DNA from: Gammaproteobacteria bacterium
Lineage (GTDB): Bacteria; Pseudomonadota; Gammaproteobacteria; Arenicellales; Poriferihabitantaceae
DNA length: 42,138 bases
Assembly (NCBI GenBank): GCA_028817015.1
Contig: JAPPQJ010000193.1
Location: 1-42,138, forward strand
Reading direction: 5' to 3'
Shown: in pieces, positions 7,444 to 15,566 of the stretch
How positions within the stretch are numbered: position 1 is the first letter of the stretch
How the letters are laid out: the number at the start of each line of letters is the position of its first letter
Notes under the pieces: model-generated
Databases searched by the model: none
Told to the model about the DNA's origin: nothing
The model's input: the letters and a program-made list of their open reading frames with translations, nothing else
Translations under genes and position numbers: made by a program

Positions 7444-8694
7444 ATGACAACCACAAATCAAAAGCATGCGAGTCCAATCCTCGCGCTCGGTGAAGAAGTC
7501 ATGCGCCGGCTTGATATCATGGCCGAATGTTCGGAGCCCGGCCCGGGCGTTACTCGTTTGCCCTTCACCCCTGAACACCATTGTGCGCTTAAGCTGTTGC
7601 GCGAATGGATGGAAGCCGCTGATTTGGCCGTGCATTTGGACGATGCCGGCACTCTAATTGGGCGGCGAGAGGGCGAAGACTCATCAAAAACGCTGCTGCT
7701 CGGGTCGCACCAGGACAGTATTCCTCATGGGGGGCGCTATGACGGTATTCTTGGCATCGTTTTGCCGATTGTCTGTTTGGAGGCTTTGCGTGCGGAGAAA
7801 TTGCCATATGCCGTTGAGATACTGGCTTTTGCTGATGAAGAGGGGGTGCGATTTCCAACGGCGTTGCTGGGGCCTCGCGCCTTGACCGGAACCCTTGATT
7901 TGAATGTGTTAGACCGTCGGGATCGCGCGGGTATCTCGGTACGCCAGGCGATGTCGGACCACGCTTTACAACCGGACAACATCCCGGCATTGGCCAGATC
8001 TTCCGAGGACATTATAGGATACGTTGAGGTACACATTGAGCAAGGCCCGGTATTGTATGGCAAAAAACAGTCGATAGGTATTGTTACCGCCATCTGCGGT
8101 ATTGAGCGCTGGTCGGTATCCCTGCATGGGCGCGCCGCACATGCCGGAACGACGCCAATGAACATTCGGCTGGATGCGCTTGCCGGGGCGGCCGAGGCGG
8201 TGACATTTGTTGAGCAGACATGCAGGCAAACCTCTGACCTGGTGGGAACCGTCGGCTCACTGCACGTGACGCCCAACGCGGTCAATGTAATTCCCGCGCG
8301 CGCGGATTTTTCAGTGGAACTGCGCTCCGGAGACGAGCAACTGCGAAGTAATGCGGCTGCGGAAATTGTGGAACATATAAAACAAACGGCGGCCAAACGA
8401 AACCTTGATGTCAGTATTGAGCAAACCTACGTTCAGAGCGCAACGCAATGCGATGCTGATCTATCGGGAAGGCTGGAAGATGCGGCCAAATCCAAAGGTT
8501 TTCCCGGTTTCCGTTTGGTCTCCGGCGCCACCCATGATGCTTCGGCGATGGCCGCTCTGGCGCCGGTGGCGATGCTGTTCGTCAGTTGCCGGGACGGAAT
8601 CAGCCATCATCATGCCGAATCCATTACCAGCCATGATGCCGGTGTAGCCGCAACCGTATTGACCGAATTTCTGGTGAGATATGTTCCCTATTAG
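7444..8694 (+). CDS. M20-family Zn-dependent amidohydrolase of the allantoate amidohydrolase / N-carbamoyl-L-amino-acid hydrolase / beta-ureidopropionase type
   Basis: Signature motifs are LLGSHQDSIPHGGRYDGILGIV, AFADEEGVRF and GRAAHAGTTPM. An alternative in-frame ATG at 7396 gives 432 aa but has no Shine-Dalgarno sequence. AAGGA lies upstream of 7444. Confidence 0.85.
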   Translation: MTTTNQKHASPILALGEEVMRRLDIMAECSEPGPGVTRLPFTPEHHCALKLLREWMEAADLAVHLDDAGTLIGRREGEDSSKTLLLGSHQDSIPHGGRYDGILGIVLPIVCLEALRAEKLPYAVEILAFADEEGVRFPTALLGPRALTGTLDLNVLDRRDRAGISVRQAMSDHALQPDNIPALARSSEDIIGYVEVHIEQGPVLYGKKQSIGIVTAICGIERWSVSLHGRAAHAGTTPMNIRLDALAGAAEAVTFVEQTCRQTSDLVGTVGSLHVTPNAVNVIPARADFSVELRSGDEQLRSNAAAEIVEHIKQTAAKRNLDVSIEQTYVQSATQCDADLSGRLEDAAKSKGFPGFRLVSGATHDASAMAALAPVAMLFVSCRDGISHHHAESITSHDAGVAATVLTEFLVRYVPY

Positions 8695-8778
8695 ACGTGC
8701 ATCTCCGGGGGTGAATCATTCATTATGGAAAGGGTTGTGACAACTTAAATGAGGCAAAACATATTTAATTCGTTGATT

Positions 8779-8950
8779 ATCAACGGCAAACCGGTATATC
8801 TTCCATTCTCGAATCTCAGAGGCGAAATTCCGCGGCATGAGCAAACACACCTTTTATCTGCATTTGAAGGAGTGCGAGTTTCGGTTCAATCACCGACTGT
8901 ATGAAATCCTGCTGGAATCATGCCGGAAAAGGCCAATTAAGTTATCTTGA
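8779..8950 (+). pseudogene. C-terminal remnant of an IS1595-family (ISXO2-like) transposase gene
   Basis: Frame 8777-8950 reads ...ISEAKFRGMSKHTFYLHLKECEFRFNHRLYEILLESCRKRPIKLS*. The FYLHLKECEFRFN block is the conserved C-terminus of IS1595 transposases. ING (8779-8787) sits in a different frame, which implies a frameshift. No DDE domain lies upstream, because the M20 gene ends at 8694. Confidence 0.6.
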
Positions 8951-8999
8951 CCCTTATTTAAGGATCTCCGGATCAGATTGGAGTCACAACAAGGCTGTA

Positions 9000-9887
9000 T
9001 CAAAGTTTCCATGTATCAAGGAATTCAGCAAATACTTTGGTTACTTGTGACGCGCTGTTTTCCTTCCAGATTGCTTGGGTCAGTATGGTTTCATTGAGGT
9101 TGGCGATCTCCCGAATTACCAAACCTTCGCGAAGATAATCGCCGGCGCAAGATGAATGAATAGTAACCCCCATCTCGCATGCGATCAGGCCGAAAATTGC
9201 ATCCGAATTATAGGCCTGTTGCACAACATTCATGGTGAATCCTGCGCTACGACAAACCCGATAAAGATGATCATGGTAATACTTCCAATCGTTTAGGTTT
9301 CCAAGAATAAATGGTTCATCGCGGAGTTGAGCCAGATTAATTGTCTTTTGTTTCGCCAAGGGGTGGTTGCGGTAAAGCACTACTACAAATCTGTCTTCTT
9401 GTACAGTTTTGCAATGAAAATCGGGTATCATTAACGGGCCGGTAACAAATCCAACATCAATTTTTCCGCTTTCCAAGTGTTCAATCTGAGTGGAAGTGAC
9501 ACTGTGTATTGGTGCCAGTAAAATATCCGGGTGTTGCTGCCGAAACTCCTTTAAAATTTTCGGCAAGGAGCCCATGATGGCGAAATCAGTATAACCAACA
9601 ACCAGTTGCCCAAGTTTTCCGTCTTCCGCTTTTCGTGCTCGCATCACCGACTTTTGTAAAGATTCTTGAATATCATAACAACTTTCTAAAAACACACGGC
9701 CGGCAACTGTTAATGCCACTTTTCGGTTGTTACGATCGAGTAACCGAACTCCGATTTCTTGCTCCAACTGGGAAATCGCTCGGCTGACCGCAGGTTGTGC
9801 AATATGGAGTTTTTCCGCTGCTCGTCCGAAGTGAAGCTGCTCCGCAACGGCGCAAAAGTAACGAATATGGCGCAGGTCAAAGTTCAT
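9000..9887 (-). CDS. LysR-family transcriptional regulator
   Basis: The ORF is 295 aa. The N-terminal HTH reads MNFDLRHIRYFCAVAEQLHFGRAAEKLHIAQPAVSRAISQLEQEIG, and a LysR substrate-binding domain follows. It is divergent from a TRAP operon. The region is low-GC. Confidence 0.92.
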   Translation of the reverse strand: MNFDLRHIRYFCAVAEQLHFGRAAEKLHIAQPAVSRAISQLEQEIGVRLLDRNNRKVALTVAGRVFLESCYDIQESLQKSVMRARKAEDGKLGQLVVGYTDFAIMGSLPKILKEFRQQHPDILLAPIHSVTSTQIEHLESGKIDVGFVTGPLMIPDFHCKTVQEDRFVVVLYRNHPLAKQKTINLAQLRDEPFILGNLNDWKYYHDHLYRVCRSAGFTMNVVQQAYNSDAIFGLIACEMGVTIHSSCAGDYLREGLVIREIANLNETILTQAIWKENSASQVTKVFAEFLDTWKL

Positions 9888-9902
9888 TTATGCGAATTAA
9901 GT

Positions 9903-9954
9903 ATTGATGCGATTATTATTGATATTATACCATTATAAATTGATTGTCTATAAT
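9903..9954. promoter_or_regulatory. LysR / TRAP divergent control region: three ATTGAT repeats and a perfect TATAAT box
   Basis: ATTGAT occurs at 9903-9908, 9918-9923 and 9939-9944. TATAAT lies at 9949-9954, 32 nt upstream of the TRAP SBP start. Confidence 0.3.
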
Positions 9955-9985
9955 GGGCCTGATTATCACTCTAAAGGGGCTTCCA

Positions 9986-10999
9986 ATGTTTAAAAAATCG
10001 CTGAAATACAACCTGCCCGGATGTTTGGCGGGTTTTGTCCTGTCCATGCTGACTGCTGTGACCCAGGCGGACCAAATTACAATCAACCTTGGTTATGCCA
10101 CCGCTGAAACCAGTTCCTACGGCATTCTTGCAAGCCACTTCGAAAGGTTGGCTGAAAAGCATTCGAATGGAACCATTGATGTGAAAGTTCGATGCTGTGC
10201 ACAACTAATCACTGAAGATGAAGCGTTCAAGGCGCTCCAACTTGGTACGGTCGATATGCATATCATCACTGGCAACAATGTATCGCCACATTTTCCTTTG
10301 ATGGATGCTTTTGTTTTGCCTTATGTATTCCAATCAAAACATCATGCATACAAGATACTGGAAGGTGACGTAGGAAAGCAGTTTGCAGACCAGTTAAGAC
10401 GCGAAACTAAAGTATATTTGCTTACTTTTGGTTTTGTCGGAGACCGTGATTTTTACAACTCAAGAAATCCAATTCGGACGATGGCGGACATTAAAGGTTT
10501 GAAAGTGCGGGTGCCTAAAAACCAGGTTATGATTGATACATTCAGAGCTTTCGGTGCGGCACCGATCCCGCTCGCATGGGCTGATACCCCCACCGCATTG
10601 CAAACTGGAACCGTCCAAGGAGCTGACAACGGGACTTCTTTTATCAAATCACAAAAGTTCTACGAAATCATGCCCTACTTTTCTGTTCTTGAACATTTTT
10701 CCTATTTTTCCCCGCTTTTTGCCAGTGACCGCATCATGGGCAAACTTAACGATGAACAGCGTGCAGCGGTGCTCCTGGCTGCAAGTGAAGCGGGTCAGTT
10801 GCACAAGGAGGAGATGTCAAAACAAATTTCAGAAATCAGGGCGTTCCTTACGACCGACGGGCAGGGAGGAATGAAAACCACCGAGTTGGATAAAACCGAT
10901 TTTATTGCCGCTGGGCAAAAAGTTCAGGACCAATATGCCAAAGAAAAAGACGACGATTTCAGACGACTGTTAGGGAAAATACGCGAAGCGGCCAATTGA
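9986..10999 (+). CDS. TRAP transporter substrate-binding protein (DctP family)
   Basis: The start is at the ATG at 9986, after AAAGGGG. The signal peptide is MFKKSLKYNLPGCLAGFVLSMLTAVTQA. DctP-like features include GFVGDRDFYN and LKVRVP. Confidence 0.9.
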   Translation: MFKKSLKYNLPGCLAGFVLSMLTAVTQADQITINLGYATAETSSYGILASHFERLAEKHSNGTIDVKVRCCAQLITEDEAFKALQLGTVDMHIITGNNVSPHFPLMDAFVLPYVFQSKHHAYKILEGDVGKQFADQLRRETKVYLLTFGFVGDRDFYNSRNPIRTMADIKGLKVRVPKNQVMIDTFRAFGAAPIPLAWADTPTALQTGTVQGADNGTSFIKSQKFYEIMPYFSVLEHFSYFSPLFASDRIMGKLNDEQRAAVLLAASEAGQLHKEEMSKQISEIRAFLTTDGQGGMKTTELDKTDFIAAGQKVQDQYAKEKDDDFRRLLGKIREAAN

Positions 11000-11097
11000 C
11001 ACTTGTCATCGACGGCCAGTTTTTCCAAGTGTTTTGCCTGGTCTTGTTCCCTCGGGGAATTTGCCGCCGTGTTTTTGGTTGAGGGGAGTCTGGATTT

Positions 11098-11592
11098 TTG
11101 ACCATGCAATTGCAGCGTAAAGTTGACCGGTATCTGGAGGAAGTTGTTTGCACTGTTGCCTTGTTAGTCGTTGCCATCAGCGTTATTTTGCAGGTAATTT
11201 TGCGGTTTTTTTTCTCGTCAGCCAGTGCATGGGCCGAGGAAACCGCGGTTTTTGGCATGATCCTCGCGGTTTATTTGGGGGCGAGCATGGCAACTCGGGA
11301 GCGCGCGCATATTCGAATCACAATCGTAGTTAACAGCCTCCCGCGTATTTGGCAAATTGGATGCATTGTTTTAGCCGATATTTTGTGGTTTGGTTTTGTG
11401 GCGGTGATGATTTTCCAGACCTCCGTGTATACCAAACTCCTGTTTGAAGTTACTTATATCTCTCCCGGACTGGGCATTGAACTCAAATGGGTTCAGCTGG
11501 TGATGCCTCTTTCCCTGGGGCTGATGTTGTTCCGTATTCTTCAAGTTTACTGGCATTGGGGAAAGTATAACTGGAAAGGAATGCCGTTATGA
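11098..11592 (+). CDS. TRAP transporter small permease (DctQ family)
   Basis: The ORF is 164 aa with four hydrophobic segments. The stop overlaps the dctM-type start (ATGA at 11589-11592). The start is TTG at 11098 or ATG at 11104, both downstream of GAGGGGAG. Confidence 0.85.
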   Translation: MTMQLQRKVDRYLEEVVCTVALLVVAISVILQVILRFFFSSASAWAEETAVFGMILAVYLGASMATRERAHIRITIVVNSLPRIWQIGCIVLADILWFGFVAVMIFQTSVYTKLLFEVTYISPGLGIELKWVQLVMPLSLGLMLFRILQVYWHWGKYNWKGMPL

Positions 11593-12884
11593 ATGGCCCC
11601 GTGGTGATGGCACTGGTATTTGTCTTCACCATGGCGATAGGTGTGCCGATACCATTTGCCGCCGGTATTGCGACCATAGCGGGAATTCTGATTGCTGATA
11701 TACCCCTTACATTAATGGCTCAGTCCGCTTGGACTGCGTTTGAGCCATTTCCATTGGTGACCATACCGTTGTTTATTCTGGCAGGCCAACTGATGGAGCA
11801 AGGCGGCATGTCAGATAAACTGGTTGCCATTGCCCGGTCCTTGGTTGGGGCATACAAGGGCGGTCTTGGCCTGGTTACCGTGGTCGCTTGCATGTTTTTT
11901 GCGGCCTTATCGGGATCAGGCCCCGCTACTACCGCCGCTATTGGCTCCATCACTATTCCCGCAATGGTAAAGGAGCGTTACAAGCCACGATTTGCCGGTG
12001 CCATTTCAGCCGCCGCAGGTGCGCTTGGCAGCATGATTCCGCCGAGCAACCTGTTGATTATTTATGCGCTGGTCACGGATGAGTCGATACCGAGATTGTT
12101 TTTAGCCGGCATATTGCCCGGTATTATTTTAGGGTTGATGTTAATGGGGGTCATTTTTTTTGTCGCACTTCGCAATGATTACGGCGGCACAGCGGAAAAA
12201 TTTTCCTGGTCACCGTTACTTTATGCGCTTTGGGATGGGAAATGGGCGATATTCGCTCCAATAATTATTTTAGGCGGCATCTATGCGGGAATTTTCACTC
12301 CTACCGAAGCTGCGGGGGTGGCGGTGTTTTACGGATTTTTTGTCGGGATGTTCGTTTATAAATCCCTCACTATTAAAAATACGCTTGCCGCGTTTAAGTT
12401 CACCGCACTTGTGATTGGCACGGTGTTGTTTATTCTTGGTTCCACCAAGGCATTCGGGCAGTTGGTAACTCTTTATGACATTCCAGAATCGATTCTGTTG
12501 CTGTTTGAGGGGATTACACAACATCCGTGGCTTGTTCTTCTGTTGATAGGGGGGCTTTATATAATCGCGGGTATGTGGATTGAGAGCATTCCTCAGATTA
12601 TCATCTTTACTGCGGTATTCTTTCCACTTGTGACCAGTTTGGGTGTGGACCCCATTTTATTTGGCATCTTTACGGTGATGACTTGTGAGATCGGTTTTTT
12701 GACTCCTCCCATTGGCGTCAATCTTTTTGTTGCGGCAAGAATTTCTAATGTGACTATCGAACAGATATCAGTGGGTGTATTGCCTTTGCTTATCCCTTAT
12801 GCCATTATGATTTTATTGCTGGTGTTGGCGCCCGATTGGGTGACATTTCTGCCGGACTTTGTCTATGGTCCCCGCCCTTATTAA
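11589..12884 (+). CDS. TRAP transporter large permease (DctM family)
   Basis: The ORF is 431 aa and polytopic. It has the typical DctM N-terminus with IPLFILAGQLMEQGGMSDKLV. Confidence 0.92.
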   Translation: MNGPVVMALVFVFTMAIGVPIPFAAGIATIAGILIADIPLTLMAQSAWTAFEPFPLVTIPLFILAGQLMEQGGMSDKLVAIARSLVGAYKGGLGLVTVVACMFFAALSGSGPATTAAIGSITIPAMVKERYKPRFAGAISAAAGALGSMIPPSNLLIIYALVTDESIPRLFLAGILPGIILGLMLMGVIFFVALRNDYGGTAEKFSWSPLLYALWDGKWAIFAPIIILGGIYAGIFTPTEAAGVAVFYGFFVGMFVYKSLTIKNTLAAFKFTALVIGTVLFILGSTKAFGQLVTLYDIPESILLLFEGITQHPWLVLLLIGGLYIIAGMWIESIPQIIIFTAVFFPLVTSLGVDPILFGIFTVMTCEIGFLTPPIGVNLFVAARISNVTIEQISVGVLPLLIPYAIMILLLVLAPDWVTFLPDFVYGPRPY

Positions 12885-12941
12885 GTTGTGCCGGTCGATT
12901 CCGGTGAGTTCCGTGCATAGGCAATTTCGCTTGATCAGCGT

Positions 12942-12964
12942 GGATTCGAATCCGTCCCGGGCAG
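12942..12964 (+). other. tRNA 3'-end-like fragment (T-loop plus acceptor strand); possible integration-site remnant
   Basis: GGATTCGAATCCGTCCCGGGCAG contains the canonical T-loop TTCGAAT, the CCGTC stem strand and a CCGGGCA acceptor-like strand. The 5' half (12889-12941) does not fold into a cloverleaf, and there is no CCA. Confidence 0.25.
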
Positions 12965-13074
12965 AAATTTCGACGATAAATTGTCCGGTTTTTTAGGGCC
13001 GGCAAGCCTTGTTTGAACATGACGATGTAAAGATTTTGCCGGGAATGGGATAACATGGTTGCCGGATTTGGCTT

Positions 13075-15300
13075 ATGGTGTGCGTCCGCATTAAACCCGC
13101 ATTAAAAACCGTGACAGATTCAAGCGACATCCACATAATCGGATATTCCGACCGGCTTTCGGCCCGGCCGGGGGAAAGCATTGAGTTTAAGGTTTCTTCC
13201 CGCTCCGGCGGTCAATTTCAGACCAGGTTGGCCCGCCTGATCAGCGCCGACCCCAATCCCGGCGGGGTGGGGATGGTGGAGGAAAATTGCGATCAGTGGT
13301 ATTCGCCGCAGCAAGTCGGCTCTCGAATACAACCTTTCTTTCCCGGCTCGTATGCGGTCTCGGATTCGCCGGTCGAAATCCCGGCCGCCTCGTCCTTTAC
13401 GCTAAGCGCGAACATTTTTGCGACGCTTAAAAAACCCTGCGACCAGGTCATTCTTTCTCTTGGCTCGATGGCGCTTGGAATCGATGCCGAAGGCGGCGTT
13501 TTCCTCGAATATGCGGGGCGGCGCGCAACGCATGCTGACCCCGTTCCTTTGCGCAGATGGTTGCGGCTGGAGGCGCGGGTCGATTTGTCGAATGGCGGGG
13601 TGTCGATCAAGCGCTCAGCGGTCGATCAACCGGGGGAGGGCCCCGAATTAACCGCGCGGATCAATGTCGATGCGGGATGGGCGCCTCCTCCGGCGAAGGT
13701 TCTGGTGGCTGCGAAACTGGAAAATGAAGGGGTCGAGAAACATTTCAACGGGAAAATCGAAGCGCCGCTGATCCAGTTTACCGATTCATCGGCAACGCGA
13801 CACACCCTGATCGCATGGGATTTCTCACGCGATATTTCCTCCGTCAAAGTTCACGATTCAAGCGGCAAGGGGCGTCACGGCGCATTGGTGAATTTCCCGA
13901 TGAGGGCGGTGACCGGCTCGAACTGGAGCGGCAGGAATATGTGCTGGCGTCACGCCGCCGAAGAGTACGCGGCGGTTCATTTTCACGATGACGACATCTG
14001 CGATTTTGGATGGCGAACCGATTTTTGTTTCAAGATACCGGCGGCAATGCCGTCGGGGGCCTATGTGATGCACATCGAAGCGGATGGCGAGCGCGACAGT
14101 CTGCCGTTTTTCGTGTGCCCGCCCGCCGGTTCGCCGACCGCCGAAGTGTGCGTTCTCATCCCCACTTTCACCTATGCGGTTTACGGCAATCACGCGCGGC
14201 CGGATTACCACCCTTCCTGGCGGGAAAAAATAACGAAATGGAAAGGGTATCCGCACAATCCCGCTGATCATCGTCAATACGGGCTTTCGACCTACAACTT
14301 CCATTCGGATGGCTCCGGCATCGCGCACGCGTCCCATTTGCGCCCGCTGTTCAATCTCCGCCCCGGCTATTTGACTTTCGGCTACGGCGGGGATTCGGGT
14401 TTGCGGCATTTGCCGGCGGACACGCACTTAATTAGCTGGCTGCACGCCAAAGAAATCGACTATGACATCATCACCGACAACGAGTTGCACCGCGAGGGAG
14501 TTTCCTCCATCGCCAAATACCGCGCGGTGTTGACCGCCACTCATCCCGAATACCATACATATCAAACCCTCGATGCGTTGAAACAATATACGCATAACAA
14601 CGGCCACCTGCTCTACCTCGGCGGCAACGGATTCTATTGGCGGATTGCCCGGCACCGTGAGCACCGGGATATCCTTGAAGTGCGCCGCACCGAAGGCGGA
14701 ATCCGAGCATGGGCGGCTGAGCCGGGTGAATACTACTCCGCATTCGACGGGTTATACGGCGGCCTGTGGAGGCGCATCGGCCGCCCGCCGCAGCGGCTGG
14801 TCGGCGTCGGCTTTACCGCACAGGGGAATTTCACCGGCTCTTACTACCGGCGCAAGTGTTTTGACCCGGAATATGACTGGGTTTTTGATCAAATTGAAGG
14901 CGGCATCATCGGCGACTTCGGGTTTAGCGGCGGCGGTGCCGCAGGCTTCGAACTCGACCGCGCGGATGAATATCTGGGAACGCCGTCGAATGCCGTCGTG
15001 CTTGCCTCGTCTGAGGGGCACGAAAAGGATTTCATGCTGGTGCCGGAAGAGCAACTCACGCACCTGACCAATCTGGCCGGAAGACCGCACAAGGAGTTGT
15101 TGCGCGCCGACATGATCTATTTCACTTTGCCCGGCGGCGGCAGCGTTTTTTCCGCCGGCTCGATTACATTTTGCGGAAGCCTGCCGTGGAACAATTTCAA
15201 CAATTCCGTGTCGCGCCTGTTGCAAAACATGATTGCAAAGGCTTGTTCTCTGAAAGCCGGCGCTTCCCGACCGGCAATCACGCTATCCGAGTCGCCGTGA
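13075..15300 (+). CDS. N,N-dimethylformamidase large (beta) subunit-family protein; substrate unknown
   Basis: The ORF is 741 aa. Blocks match my recollection of DmfA2:
- IIGYSDRLSARPGESIEFKVS
- IAWDFS
- VHFHDDDICDFGWRTDFCFKIP
- LPFFVCPP
- YGLSTYNFHSDGSG...LRPLFNLRP
- LPADTHLISWL
- LTATHPEYHT
- LGGNGFYWRIA
- GGGAAGFELDR
An alternative in-frame GTG at 13111 would give a more DmfA2-like N-terminus. Confidence 0.8.
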   Translation: MVCVRIKPALKTVTDSSDIHIIGYSDRLSARPGESIEFKVSSRSGGQFQTRLARLISADPNPGGVGMVEENCDQWYSPQQVGSRIQPFFPGSYAVSDSPVEIPAASSFTLSANIFATLKKPCDQVILSLGSMALGIDAEGGVFLEYAGRRATHADPVPLRRWLRLEARVDLSNGGVSIKRSAVDQPGEGPELTARINVDAGWAPPPAKVLVAAKLENEGVEKHFNGKIEAPLIQFTDSSATRHTLIAWDFSRDISSVKVHDSSGKGRHGALVNFPMRAVTGSNWSGRNMCWRHAAEEYAAVHFHDDDICDFGWRTDFCFKIPAAMPSGAYVMHIEADGERDSLPFFVCPPAGSPTAEVCVLIPTFTYAVYGNHARPDYHPSWREKITKWKGYPHNPADHRQYGLSTYNFHSDGSGIAHASHLRPLFNLRPGYLTFGYGGDSGLRHLPADTHLISWLHAKEIDYDIITDNELHREGVSSIAKYRAVLTATHPEYHTYQTLDALKQYTHNNGHLLYLGGNGFYWRIARHREHRDILEVRRTEGGIRAWAAEPGEYYSAFDGLYGGLWRRIGRPPQRLVGVGFTAQGNFTGSYYRRKCFDPEYDWVFDQIEGGIIGDFGFSGGGAAGFELDRADEYLGTPSNAVVLASSEGHEKDFMLVPEEQLTHLTNLAGRPHKELLRADMIYFTLPGGGSVFSAGSITFCGSLPWNNFNNSVSRLLQNMIAKACSLKAGASRPAITLSESP

Positions 15301-15566
15301 CACAATTGCCGGACATAACACATCGCCGAAATCCGCCGGAATATCGGTCGCGCCGTTGATGATGACCCCGGGTCGGCTGTTTTCGGCAAAAACAACCGCA
15401 ATATGCGCAAAAATTCCGCTACAATGCATTGAGTTTTAATGGCATTTTCATTCTTCGCAAGCGGAAAAATAATTGATCCGTGCAAATATGAGTGTAACAA
15501 TGCTTCCATGGAGGTAAATATCCCCTGAGAGTGTATGTTTTTCGCCTGACAATTCACTTCAAAGAA

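Noticed and set aside
12889-12964. A possible intact tRNA gene.
   Set aside because: Only the T-loop, T-stem strand and acceptor 3' strand are tRNA-like. The T-stem 5' strand does not pair, the acceptor stem is out of register by one base, no D-arm or anticodon arm can be drawn, and there is no CCA. It is reported only as a fragment.
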